From: Chiloscyllium plagiosum | Lineage: Eukaryota | Direction: 5' to 3' | DNA length: 20,000 nucleotides | Assembly (NCBI RefSeq): GCF_004010195.1 | Contig: NC_057718.1 | Span: 63,575,007-63,595,006 of the forward strand | Shown: positions 1 through 10,900 of the stretch, in pieces | Layout: every line of letters starts with the position of its first letter | Position numbering within the stretch: the stretch's first letter is position 1 | Notes under the pieces: generated by a model | What the model saw: the letters and a program-made list of their open reading frames with translations, nothing else | What the model was told of the DNA's origin: nothing | Database searches by the model: none | Made by a program: the position numbers and the translations under genes

Positions 1-1101
1 CTCTAAATCCTCGGGTTCAGAGCCAGGTAAGTATGGTGGGCTCATAAGGAGAGGGGAGTGGTGATGAAACCAGAGGGACCTGGATAAGTTGACCAGCTTT
101 TAAAGGAGAACTTATGGAGGCAAAGGTACTTGTGCTGTCAGGCCCTGAAAGGGTTCATCCCACGTGCAAAGGGGAACCATTGAAGGAAGCTATCCCCCAC
201 CCCCTACCTTTAGAACCGACACAAAAATAGTCTGAGCTCTAAAGCTTCCTCATTACCTTGATCATATAAGGGCCTCACAATTGGGCTGAGGGTAGGTAGA
301 TTGCCCAAGACTTCATCTGTCCTATGATTATGATAGGGGTCAGCACAAGCCAGCCCACCAGTGGTGGGGTGGGTGGGTAATCATAAGATTGTTAATCAAA
401 TTTGCATTGATTGAAACAGTAGTTGCAATTTATTTCTCATTTTAATAGTAATATGCTCATTTGCAACTATGGTAAGTTTCATTGTATTTTATTTTTATTT
501 CGGAATGTATATTTTTAAACTTTAATGGCCACTCTATTCACCCCAATCTCAGGCAAATCACAGATGGACAACACCAAGTTTATCCTAAAAAAAAACGAAT
601 ACATTGTCATTTTAGACTTCATTTTTGCACCTAACAATATCTGGTTTAATAAGGCACTGTTGGTAAACTGGGAACTTCCTTTACTTGGATTTTATGGAGA
701 AATAATGAATGAGAAGAAAAAAAAACAATTTAATCCTAAATTTCAACATCCTTTCCACTTCCAATCTATGAATAGTGATCCTTTCTAGTTAACAGCTTCT
801 TGAATAGGATCTTTTCAAACAAGTAATATCAATTTCCAAGTTCAAGTCCCAGGTAAGGAAGTCCTGTCACTTTTTCAACAAATCCAATGCTGGCACAGAT
901 AACAATGGCAGCATAAATTACAGAAGAGTGACATGTATACTCAGTAGGGCCATTTGAACATATAATGGAGATCAAACGTATCCCATTTTGCTGTTTGAAA
1001 GACTTTAACATTAAAAAAAAAGTCCTGTGCAAACCCATGTTGGAATGCCTTGATTGATGGGCCATCCGTATAGTTGAAAAGAATAACATCTAGATGTAGA
1101 G

Positions 1102-1444
1102 TTCTTTTATGATTCATTCTTTGGATATGGGCATTGCTGGCTAGGCTGCCATTTATTGCTGATTTGTAATTGTCCGGACCGCAGTTAAGAGTCAGAGCCA
1201 ACCAATTGCTTTGTATCTGGAATCAGATATATGCTAGACCAGGTAAGAATGGTAGATTGTCCTACCTAAAAGACATTATATCAGATTGGTTTTACCGACA
1301 ATCAACAATGTTCATCGTTAGCTAGTATTTCTGGTTAAATTTTTAACGGATTCAAATTTTATCACCTCCATGGTGAGATCCAAAACCAAGCCTCCAGAAT
1401 GTTGACCTGGATTACTAGTAAAGTGACTTTTCCATTATGCCACC
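1102..1444 (-). mobile_element. Old tRNA-derived SINE, near full length
   Basis: The minus strand starts GGTGGCATAATGG (A-box-like), has a degraded B-box, a body with CTTACCTGGTCTAGC...GACTCTTAACTGC, and ends CAATAAATGGCAGCCTAGCCAGCAATGCCCATATCC plus an A-rich tail. It resembles an abundant shark SINE from memory; family not named. Confidence 0.7.
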
Positions 1445-2337
1445 TTCTCTCCAAATAGTTTCAATTGAGTTGTTTCGCTGACATTTTCCTAAAAGTTCTT
1501 ATTGTGACATTATGAAAACTCAACTGAATTTTCAAAAACAATTAATATCTCAGCAGGGAGTTCCCACTTTGGTTGACAGCTTAATGTGTTATTAAAGGAT
1601 TAGTTGTCTTTCTGGGGACTGAACAGAAATTGATTTGTTTTTATGGGCAATGGTGTGACCGGGTTTCTTGAATGGGAGATTTCCCACTGTCAGGTGTGTA
1701 GAAGCAGGAGCTACATCATATTGTCAGAAATGTGTTTCTTCTCCTTACATTGCTCCTAAGGTCTGAGTGAATGACTATGGAGGTTGTATGGCGGGTAACA
1801 GAATGGATGACGGGGTAGGAGGGGTGGGTGCTAGAAGGACTGATAGCATGTAAAATAATTGGTGCAAAGTCAAACTCCTGGAAACACCAGTGAACTTTTT
1901 AATTAGATTGCCTCAGCATTCACCCAGCACGTGGCCACCTAAGATCTGCTTACAGGGTTGGTGGACATGACTTGATCATGTCCTTACTTACCATGGATTA
2001 GAAATTGGATCTAACAGGTTTGCTTTAAGTGGAGTTAGATCTTTCAAGTCAAACTTTCCCAACTTCAGTCACTCCCTCTACAGCAACCTCTTGTGCTCGA
2101 GAGACAGGCAGATTTTTGCCAGCAAAGGACACTAGAAAATGGTTATTTATAGATTATTTGTTGAATACTACCATGGGAAAAGTGAAGAAAAATACAAAAC
2201 AACCATCATTGCATCATCTGTGATGAACTGATTCAACAGACTTGGGATCAAATTGGGACTTATGTGGTCAGAATGGACCAGTTCTTTGTATCACTACATT
2301 TACCAGTGTACATTGGGAAGCCTACAGAAACAGTAAG

Positions 2338-2676
2338 TGTAACAAACCTTGTTCACTTGAGATTAATGAACATATTGACACATTTAAAAAGAGAATAATA
2401 GGATGAGCCAATGTCTTACACGAGAAATACATAGAAAATTTACATGGCAACTGAAATAACTCCAGAGAGGCTAGTATCCTGTCAACATGTCATCCTTTAT
2501 TTACACATGGAGAGTCCACACTTATCCAGCTCTCTCAGAGCCAGCTGTCAGAGCTAACAGAACCTCTGACATTCCTGTTTATATCAGTCAGCCAGGGCTT
2601 CCTGACTACATCAGATTAACAGCCCCAATCAGCGAACTCCTATTTTAGGCCCATTTAGGCTCATTATAACACTACA
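2338..2676 (-). mobile_element. Solo LTR (Gypsy-type)
   Basis: TGTAA...CTACA termini, flanked by GTAAG (2333-2337) and GTAAT (2677-2681) as an imperfect TSD. On the minus strand TATAAA (2583-2578) precedes AATAAA (2501-2496). The left boundary is less certain than the right. Confidence 0.6.
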
Positions 2677-3157
2677 GTAATCATTATCTTCAACTCTGAA
2701 ACAAGTAAACCTAAGAGTTTGTTGAAAATGGCTCTCATAATGTGTAAGAAAGCACAATTTTCATTTTTTTGGACTATAATCTGAAATGGAAGTTGGACTG
2801 TTACATTTATAAAAATGCAGAGAGTTTTACAAATTGAAAATTAAGTGCTACATTTAGCTGTCTGAGCATGACAAGGTTGACTTTTGAAGCAGTGAGGGAA
2901 AGAATTTGATTCTGAGGGCACATATTTTCTGAGTTAAGGAAATTTGCCCTGATAATAGCCCCTCTCCCTGGTGAGTTGGAGTGTCTGAAAAAGCTGCAAG
3001 TGCCAGAGTAGCAGAGATAAAAACAAACTGCCAGAGGCTGCAAACTGAAAGCATCCACTCCTCCCTTCTCTCTCAATATGGAGAATAAGACAGAAAAACC
3101 AAGAAAGCTTAAAGGAATTTCACAAGACCTAGATCCTTGTCTTATTTTACTTCTTAC

Positions 3158-3301
3158 CTCAGCAAGGTCTTGTACTAACAGTGTTTTCCTGAACTTAGCT
3201 ACATATGATGCCACTGTAATGCCAAATCCAGCAGGTTCAACAGCAATAGGCTTCTGTTGTTGTTGGTCTTTCATTCCAGCTGATGTAAACAGGCACAATG
3301 A
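3158..3301 (-). CDS. PDE10A: Internal coding exon of a PDE10A-like cyclic nucleotide phosphodiesterase (GAF-A domain)
   Basis: Acceptor is a T-tract followed by ctacag| (AG at 3303-3302); donor is GAG|gtaag (3157-3153). 144 nt, phase 0/0, encoding SLCLFTSAGMKDQQQQKPIAVEPAGFGITVASYVAKFRKTLLVQDLAE. This aligns end to end with the human PDE10A segment [47 protein letters not shown] as recalled. Ortholog versus paralog is unresolved. Confidence 0.85.
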
Positions 3302-3369
3302 CTGTAGAAAAAAAATCAGGCCAAGTCAATTATAAATGTTAATCAATGTTAAGCATGTTTAGTAATTGT

Positions 3370-3685
3370 GGGCAGCACGGTAGCACAGTGGTTAGCACTG
3401 CTGCCTCACAGCGCCAGAGACCAGGTTCAATTCCCGCCTCGGGCAACTGTCTGTGTGAACTTTGCACGTTCTCCCCGTGTCTGCGTGGGTTTCCTCCGGG
3501 TGCTCCGGTTTCCTCCAACAGTCACAAAGATGTGCAGGTTAGGTGAATCGGCCATGCTAAATTGCCCGTAGTGTTAGGTGAAGGGGTAAGTGTAGGGGAA
3601 TAGATCTGGGTGGGTTGCTCCTTGGAAGGTCAGTGTGGACTTGTTGGGCTGAAGGGCCTGTTTCCACACTGTAAGTAATCTAATC
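3370..3685 (+). mobile_element. Full-length V-SINE (HE1-like, tRNA-derived)
   Basis: A-box TAGCACAGTGG (3381-3391), B-box GGTTCAATTCCC (3424-3435), V-domain TTTGCACGTTCTCCCCGTGTCTGCGTGGGTTTCCTCCGGGTGCTCCGGTTTCCTCC, CR1-like 3' end GAAGGGCCTGTTTCCACACTGTA and a (TAATC)n tail. Confidence 0.92.
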
Positions 3686-4144
3686 AAACAACAATGCACT
3701 AATAGTGTGCTGAAATCAGCAAATTTATTTTTCTCTTCTCAGAGCTGGCATTCCATTGAGGAATGTGGGCTTAGTTTCTACCAAAAAGGTGAAAGGAATA
3801 TGTCACGGCAATTCTGGATGTCAAGACTTTGTAAAATAATTTTACATTCTACGATGGTATAATGATTCAATATCACTATGAATTAAGTCACAATAAAAAG
3901 CAGTGATTTTACTGCTCACTAAATGGAGCTGCACCACAAGACCCTAAAGATTATGTTTTACACTATCTGTAAAAACATTATAGATGTTTTTCATGTATGA
4001 TCATGCTAAAACTGTCATCTTTTAAATAAAACATCAAACTAAAGCGCGATCTGCCTGCTTGGGGTGTATATGAATGTCTCTCTGATACTATTTCAAAGAA
4101 AGCAGGATAGTGTTACGACACGGGGTAAACCCTTTGAAAAAAGA

Positions 4145-4370
4145 TCTTGGAAATGACTGTCAGACTACTCAGGTCTCCTGGCATCATGGTAGCTCACAAA
4201 CCCACCAACACACTAAAACAGCAGCTAATGAATTTGAAAGACCCTCCACAGACAATAACCGAAACTAATGTCATTTACAAGATGCCTCGCAAGATCTGTA
4301 ACAAACACTACATTGGACAAACAGGTAGAAAACTAGCCACCAGGATACATGAACGTCAAGTAGCCACAAG
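4145..4370 (+). mobile_element. Penelope-like element fragment (linker plus GIY-YIG endonuclease)
   Basis: ORF reads VAHKPTNTLKQQL...NVIYKMPRKICNKHYIGQTGRKLATRIHE, the VIY...YIGQT...RI.E signature. A different family from the PLEs at 12-14 kb. Confidence 0.88.
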
Positions 4371-4372
4371 TA

Positions 4373-4424
4373 GCCGAAGGGCCTGTTTCCACACTGTAAG
4401 TAATCTAATCTAATCTAATCTAAT
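4373..4424 (+). mobile_element. 5'-truncated 3' tail of the HE1-like SINE or its partner LINE
   Basis: GCCGAAGGGCCTGTTTCCACACTGTAAG followed by (TAATC)4 is nearly identical to 3648-3685. Confidence 0.85.
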
Positions 4425-4929
4425 TTACAATTCCTTTCTCTTAAACCCAATTAAGATTTACAAAAAAAGTCAACTTTAAAAACCAGTAAGCTATCGAATC
4501 CTCTCTTTGTATCTTTCTCTGCAGATTTTCCTGTCATCTTTTCGATGCTCTGCTGTGCAAAGTCTTCTAGCCAGGTACCTTCCAGAGAGTTGTTCTGCTG
4601 GCAGTCTGTACTTGTTGGTGGCTTGGCAGCTCTCCCCCTAACTGTTCAAAATGTCCAGTTTTATATCCCAAAACATCAGATCATTTCGTTGGTTTTATTA
4701 TCAAAATACTAAATTCAATTGGATTCTGGTATCTTGGGGCATAATTTAAATTGACTGGCCAAATTTGAATTTGTTTGTCTGTTCCATAGCAACACAGCTG
4801 TAGTACTGGTTTCAACCAAGTGTCAACCAAGGCAGTCCTTGTTAGCTTTTCAACTCTCAAAAGGTACAATACCTCAATACCTTCATAACAATAGTTATTG
4901 TGGTCAATATATATGTATCTATAATCAGT

Positions 4930-5429
4930 NNNNNNNNNNNNNNNNNNNNNNNNNNNNNNNNNNNNNNNNNNNNNNNNNNNNNNNNNNNNNNNNNNNNNNN
5001 NNNNNNNNNNNNNNNNNNNNNNNNNNNNNNNNNNNNNNNNNNNNNNNNNNNNNNNNNNNNNNNNNNNNNNNNNNNNNNNNNNNNNNNNNNNNNNNNNNNN
5101 NNNNNNNNNNNNNNNNNNNNNNNNNNNNNNNNNNNNNNNNNNNNNNNNNNNNNNNNNNNNNNNNNNNNNNNNNNNNNNNNNNNNNNNNNNNNNNNNNNNN
5201 NNNNNNNNNNNNNNNNNNNNNNNNNNNNNNNNNNNNNNNNNNNNNNNNNNNNNNNNNNNNNNNNNNNNNNNNNNNNNNNNNNNNNNNNNNNNNNNNNNNN
5301 NNNNNNNNNNNNNNNNNNNNNNNNNNNNNNNNNNNNNNNNNNNNNNNNNNNNNNNNNNNNNNNNNNNNNNNNNNNNNNNNNNNNNNNNNNNNNNNNNNNN
5401 NNNNNNNNNNNNNNNNNNNNNNNNNNNNN
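4930..5429. other. Assembly gap, exactly 500 N
   Basis: The round length suggests a scaffolding placeholder, so the true size is unknown. Confidence 0.98.
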
Positions 5430-7900
5430 TTTTAAAAGGACACCAGCTCAAAAAAAAATGTAATGTTCAAAGGACATATATTTTGACAGAGATGCCCGGC
5501 AAATGGGGTGTCCATAAAACAAACTGTGGGTGAATTAAACTAGGTTTATTTCACATATAAATATAGCACGCTAACCAATGAAATTATTGTGTGATTAATT
5601 TGTTGAAGAAACTTTAATTCCACAAGTTACAGAATAGCTCTCACTGAGGAACTTTAGCAGTCTGAATTAATGACATCATGTGAGATTCAGAGAGGAGATG
5701 CAGAAACACAACCTCAGACTGTTTGTAGACAAAGGTTTCCAAACCAGCTCAAGTGTAAGGCGTACAAAGAGACGTCAGCAGTCTCAGCAAAACCTACCTC
5801 ATCACAGGAGGAACACTTAAATATTTCCCCAAATTGTGGAGGTACCCAATGATTCACAACACTATGTCGATCTTGGGATAAAAGTGCATCGCAAGCTCAA
5901 AAGTGAAACCACTTCACAAAGGGATAAAGGTGATTGAAGATGTCATCAGTTTGGCACATGGATGAATCTATTGTTTTGAGTGAACTACGGATGATACAGC
6001 AACAGGCCAGCAAAAGAAAGCTGAACTGACATCACGGCAATCCCCCTATCAATGACACTCATCAATGTTGGTGTGAAAATATTGATATTGAGCGCCATGA
6101 AACTCTAGCATCATTATATTCACAATCTTTTTCTCCCTCCTGCAACAAACAGAACTCAAGCTTGTGGTATTTCAATTATTCTGGTTTTGAGAAGGATCTA
6201 GTGCACATCAAAAATGTCAACCTGGATATTTGTGTTTTACCGGAACCCTGATGGAAGCAAACCTGTTTGACAAGCTTGGCTTTCAACTGGAAAACTCCAA
6301 AGAACATAAAATTAATGCAATTAATGACATTTGATCTCCTAGGATTTAAGGAGATTAAGAAGTACTGCCATGCTCTTTAAATTGACACATCACCAGTTAC
6401 ATGAATTTTGAGACAGTTGCCATTTGCAGTCTGTGCCAAAATGTCACAGGAACTGAAATAGCTCAAAGCAGACTGTATTACTGAATCCCCATTATGTTGA
6501 ATCTAGCCATTGTATGTGAAAATGATGAATGTAGATGATACCTCAACCATAAGGTAGCCAACAAAGTAATTACTCATGACAAGTATCCTCTTCTTACAAG
6601 GGAAGATCTATTGGCATAATTTCATGCCTACAGTCTACATGAGGTTTGTCTTGTGTCAAAGCTATCTTTAGATACCACTAGCAAAACAAATGGTATCCAC
6701 TTTCAAAGGCTTATTTCAGTACCGCAGAATGGACTAAGTCCAGTAGCTAGCACGTTTTAGAAGAGTGCTTCTTCAGTCTTTCTGACATGGACAGGATGTT
6801 CAACCCACTTGATGGCACAATTGTCCAAGGAAGTGAAAAAGCAGGATATAATCAGCAGTTCTCAGTGGCACTCACTCAACGCACACAATACAATTTGACA
6901 TATAACAAAGAAATACACTTATTTGCGACACCTAAAATTATTCTTTGGGTATAGAGTAACATCAGCTGGAGTAAAGCCTGCATTTGATAATGTCAAAGCC
7001 CGTTAAGAAGTTTCAACCCCATCTAACCTGAAAGAGTTGGTAATGTTAGTCAACACTGCCAACTTTTATTGCAAATTTGTTCCTAAGCACAGAGATCGCA
7101 GGGTGACTTCAAAAGCCACCACACAGACACAGAATGAGAATGAACATTGCAAAGCAAAAGAACCATCTGAAATATTAAGGGCAAAGATAGTACTTCCACC
7201 GGTTCTCACATTCTGTATATCAACCTGTATGCTGCAACAGATCAGGAAATATGAATAACACTATACTCCAGCAATACATTGAAGATTGCGAACGGCCCAT
7301 TACTGATATGTTACACTTGTTGACAAGCACTGAATGCACATACACAACTCAAAATTGGGAGCACGAGCCTGAAAGTATACTTATGCACAAATGTATCTTA
7401 CTGGAAGAAAGTTTACTATCCGAATCAAGCAAGAAGTCCTAAATATATTGCCAATCACACCAGTGTCTGTCTATCAATCTCTATATATCTGCTGATGGTC
7501 AAATAGCCTACACTAGTACAATTTCGAAGTATCCCCCAGCTTTATGCAACTGAGCAGCTGACACATTTTCCTGTACTACCATCGCGGATGTTAGTTATTG
7601 TGAAAAGCCTGCAACACTGAATACTAAGTAACTGTTGTATTTCACATACAACTGAGAATCTAGTTACACGAGAGAAGATGTAGACAAAACTGGCAACAGG
7701 CATCATGTAAGCAAGTCAGTACATGACAGTTTGTAATTGCATTGTTTGATGTTAATTGCACCACAAGGAGAACTCAAAGTTTTTCCAGAAAGCACTAAAG
7801 GACTATTAAATCTTGTTCATGAAAATATCCAGCTGTTATTAAGATGAAACAATGATTTCACGAACCAGTCTGGTGGCCAGTAATACATTTTTTCATGGAA
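5430..7900 (+). mobile_element. Decayed Ty3/Gypsy LTR retrotransposon internal region (gag, RT, RNase H, start of integrase)
   Basis: Motifs occur in Gypsy order despite many stops and frameshifts: gag NVMFKGHIF*QRCPANGVSIKQ (~5457), knuckle remnant PNCGG (~5828), RT ANKVITHDKYPLLTREDLL (~6557), FKGLFQYRRM (~6702), GYRVTSAGVKP (~6948), NTANFYCKFVP (~7052), and integrase zinc-finger region LLNLVHE..PAVIKMKQ*FHEPVWWP (~7803-7880). Confidence 0.85.
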
Positions 7901-7907
7901 AGTTAAT

Positions 7908-7957
7908 GTCGAGAGTGCGGTGCTGGAAAAGCATAGCAGGACAGGAGCAGGAGCAAA
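7908..7957 (-). mobile_element. Short Penelope terminal-module fragment
   Basis: GTCGAGAGTGCGGTGCTGGAAAAGCATAGCA closely matches 13635-13665. Confidence 0.7.
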
Positions 7958-7967
7958 ACGTGTGGAA

Positions 7968-10900
7968 ATGCAATATTCACACAGGATCCAAGCGTAAGGG
8001 GAATAAATAGGCATTTCTGTGATTGCAAATGAGGGTCCAAGATAGTATACTGCCTCCCTGGTGCTAGGGTTAAGGATGTCTTAATGCCAGTGCAGGACAT
8101 CCTGGAGGTGGGGGCATGAATAGCCAGTAGTTGTGGTACAAATTGGTACCAATGACGTAAATTTAAAAAAAAAAGGACGAGGTCCTAAAAGCAGAATTTA
8201 GGGAGTAAGGAAGCAAGTTGAAAAATAGGATCTCTAAAGGTAGTGATCTCGGGATTGCAACCCATGCCATGTGCTGGACAAAGTAGAAATAACAGGATAT
8301 TATCAGATGAAAATGTGGCTCAGGAGGTCGTGTGAGGGGAAGGGTTTCAGATTCTTGGGGCATTGGGGCCAGTTTTGGGAGAGGTGGGAGCAGTTTAAAC
8401 TGGATGGGTTACACCTGGGTAGATTGGAACTGATGCCCTCATATTTGCTACAGCGGTTGGGGAGGGTTAAAACTAAATTGGCAGGGGGATAGGACCTTAT
8501 ACAAGGAATCAGAGAAACTGGAATCAAGAACACAAAAAAAGTCAGAAAGGGGTATAAGAAATGCTAGGTAGAGGAATTAAAGGCCAGAATCAAACAAGGT
8601 CACTGTAAAAAAAAAGTGGGAATTGGACAGGGTACATTGAAAAGACAAGCCCGATTGCACAGAGCGTTTGAAATAAAGCGGATGAAATAATCATGCAAAT
8701 AGATGTAAATGGGTATAATAAACTGGGATGACAGATCTGGCTGCACGGTGACCAAGGATGGGAATTGAACACCAAGTAGTATTCAGCATTGAGGAAGGAC
8801 AGGCAAAAGGAAAAGATGAATGAGCTGCATTGCTGAATAAATAAGATGTAATCACAATACTCAGGAAAGATACTAGCTTAGACAATGTAGAATTTGTGCG
8901 GGTAGAATTGATAGATACCAAGGAACAAAAAATACTTTGGTGGTGGTGGTATAAGGACTACCAAACTGTAGTGGTGATGTTGGCAATTGCATTAAACAGG
9001 AAATCAGATGCATGTGGAAAAGGCACATCTGTAATTATGGGTTACTGTATTCCGCATATAGATTGGGCAAGTCAAGTTAATAATAGCATAGAGGAGGAAT
9101 TCATAGAGCATATGTGGGATTTTTTCTATCTGGAACAATAGGTTGAGGAACCAACTAGAGAACAGGCCATCTTAGCTTGGGTATTATGCAGTTGAGATGT
9201 GGGGATGTGCACATGAATTCTTCATTAAGTTGGAGTGTGAGGTAGTTGATTCTGAGATTAAGGTGCTGAGTCTGAATAAGGGAAACTAGGATTGTATGAT
9301 GCACGATTTGGCTTTGTTGTATTGGGCAATATTACTGAAAGGAATGATAGTGGATAGACAATGGCAAACATTCAAAGAGCAAATGGGTGAACTACAACAA
9401 TAGCACTCCTGCGTCAGACAGGAATAAGCAAAGAGAACAGTGGCCAAATCATGGCTTATGAGGGAAGTTAGAGATAGTATTAGGTACAAAAAAAAGAAAG
9501 CATATAGATGGGTAAGAAAAAATAATGGACCAGAGGAAAAGGAATAGTTCAGATGTCAGCAAAGGAAAATAGAGCATGAGAGCTTGGGGGAACAGAAAAA
9601 CTGAGCGTAAAACTTCCTATAGGTATGTAAAGAAAAAAACTAATGTAGTCAGAAATCAGGGGGATTTAAAATGGGAAACAAAGAAATGGCTGACAAACTA
9701 AATTCATACTTTGTATCTGTTTTACAAAGGAGAACACAAAAACATATGAAAGATCATGAGGAACACAGGGTTTAATGAGAGGGAAGAACTGAAGCAAATC
9801 TGTACGAGTAGGGAAATGATTGGATTGAAGGCTATTAAATTTCCAGGGCCTGATCCCAGAATGCTTAAGGTGGTCCTTCAAATAGTGGATGCATTGTTGA
9901 TCATCTGGTTATTATTCAAGATTCTTTAAATACTGGAACAGTTCTAACAGACTGGAAGGTAGCTAATGAAACCCCATTATTTAAAAAGGGGGGGGGGGGG
10001 GGTAGAGAGAAAACAGGGAATTATAGATCAATGATTCTGATGCCAGTAATCGGGAAGATGCTAGAGTCCATTATAAAGGATTTATATCGCAGAGCATTTA
10101 GAAAACAGTAGTAGAATCAGACACAGTCAGCATGGATTTACAAAATGAAAATCATGCTTGACAAATTTACCGGAATTCTTCAAGGATGTATCTAGTAGAA
10201 TTGATCATGAAGAGCTTGTAGATGCGGTTTATTTGGACTTCCAGAAGGCTTTCGACGAAGTCCCACAAGAGAAACGTATGTAAAGTTAAAGCATATGGGA
10301 CTGGATTAAAAAATTGGTTAGCAGCCAGGAAATAAAAAGTAGGAATAAATGGGCCATTTTCTGAATGGCAGGCAGTGACTAGTGGGGTAGCACAGGGATT
10401 GATAGGACCCCAGCTATTCACAAAATATGTTAATAAATTAGATGAGAGAACTAAATGTAATATCTCAAATGACAGAGCTGGATGGAAGAGTGAGTGGTGA
10501 GGAAGATGCAGAGATGTTGTGAAATGTAAAAAGGGTTCAGACAAGATTTACAAGGATGTTGTCAGGGTTGGAGTATTTGAGCTATAAGGAGAAGCTGAAT
10601 AGGCTGACACTGTTTTTCCTGGAGCGTCGGAGGCTAAGGAATGACCTTATAGGGGTTTATAAAATCATGAGGGGCATGGATAGGATAAACACAAAGTCTT
10701 TTCCCTGGGATGGGAGAGTCCAGAACTACAGGGCATAGGTTTAGGGAGAGACGGGCAAGATATAAAAGGGATCTAAGGGGCAACTTTTTCACACAAAGAG
10801 TTGCTCGTGTATGGAATAAGCTGCCAGAGGAATTAGTGGAATCTGGTACAATTGCAGCATTTAAAAGGCATCTGAATGGGTATATGAATAGGAACAGTTG

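Larger units (their letters stand above)
4111..4890 (-). mobile_element. Solo LTR interrupted by Penelope and SINE fragments
   Basis: Termini TGTTACGA...TCATAACA form a 7/8 inverted repeat. Perfect 4-bp TSD ATAG at 4107-4110 and 4891-4894. A TATAAAA near 4660 on the minus strand suggests the orientation. Confidence 0.8.

Noticed and set aside
1..400. G-rich stretch reminiscent of a degraded non-autonomous DNA transposon end (similar at ~1780-1960)
   Set aside because: I could not identify a TIR pair or TSD.
400..407. Octamer motif ATTTGCAT
   Set aside because: A single 8-mer is expected by chance in 20 kb of AT-rich DNA, and there is no snRNA or promoter context.
829..1089. ORF containing NGIRLISIIC, resembling PDE10A SGTRIQSVLC of the next exon
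   Set aside because: The flanking residues do not match DERFP or LPIV...LELYR, and no splice sites give the expected exon; likely chance.
1992..2132. Minus-strand segment bounded by ttttctag and a strong gtaagt donor
   Set aside because: All three frames contain stops and there is no PDE similarity.
2807..3298. 163-aa ORF as a whole gene
   Set aside because: Only 3158-3301 is PDE10-like; the remainder is read-through past the splice donor.
4681..5463. Three long ORFs
   Set aside because: Artefacts of the N run.
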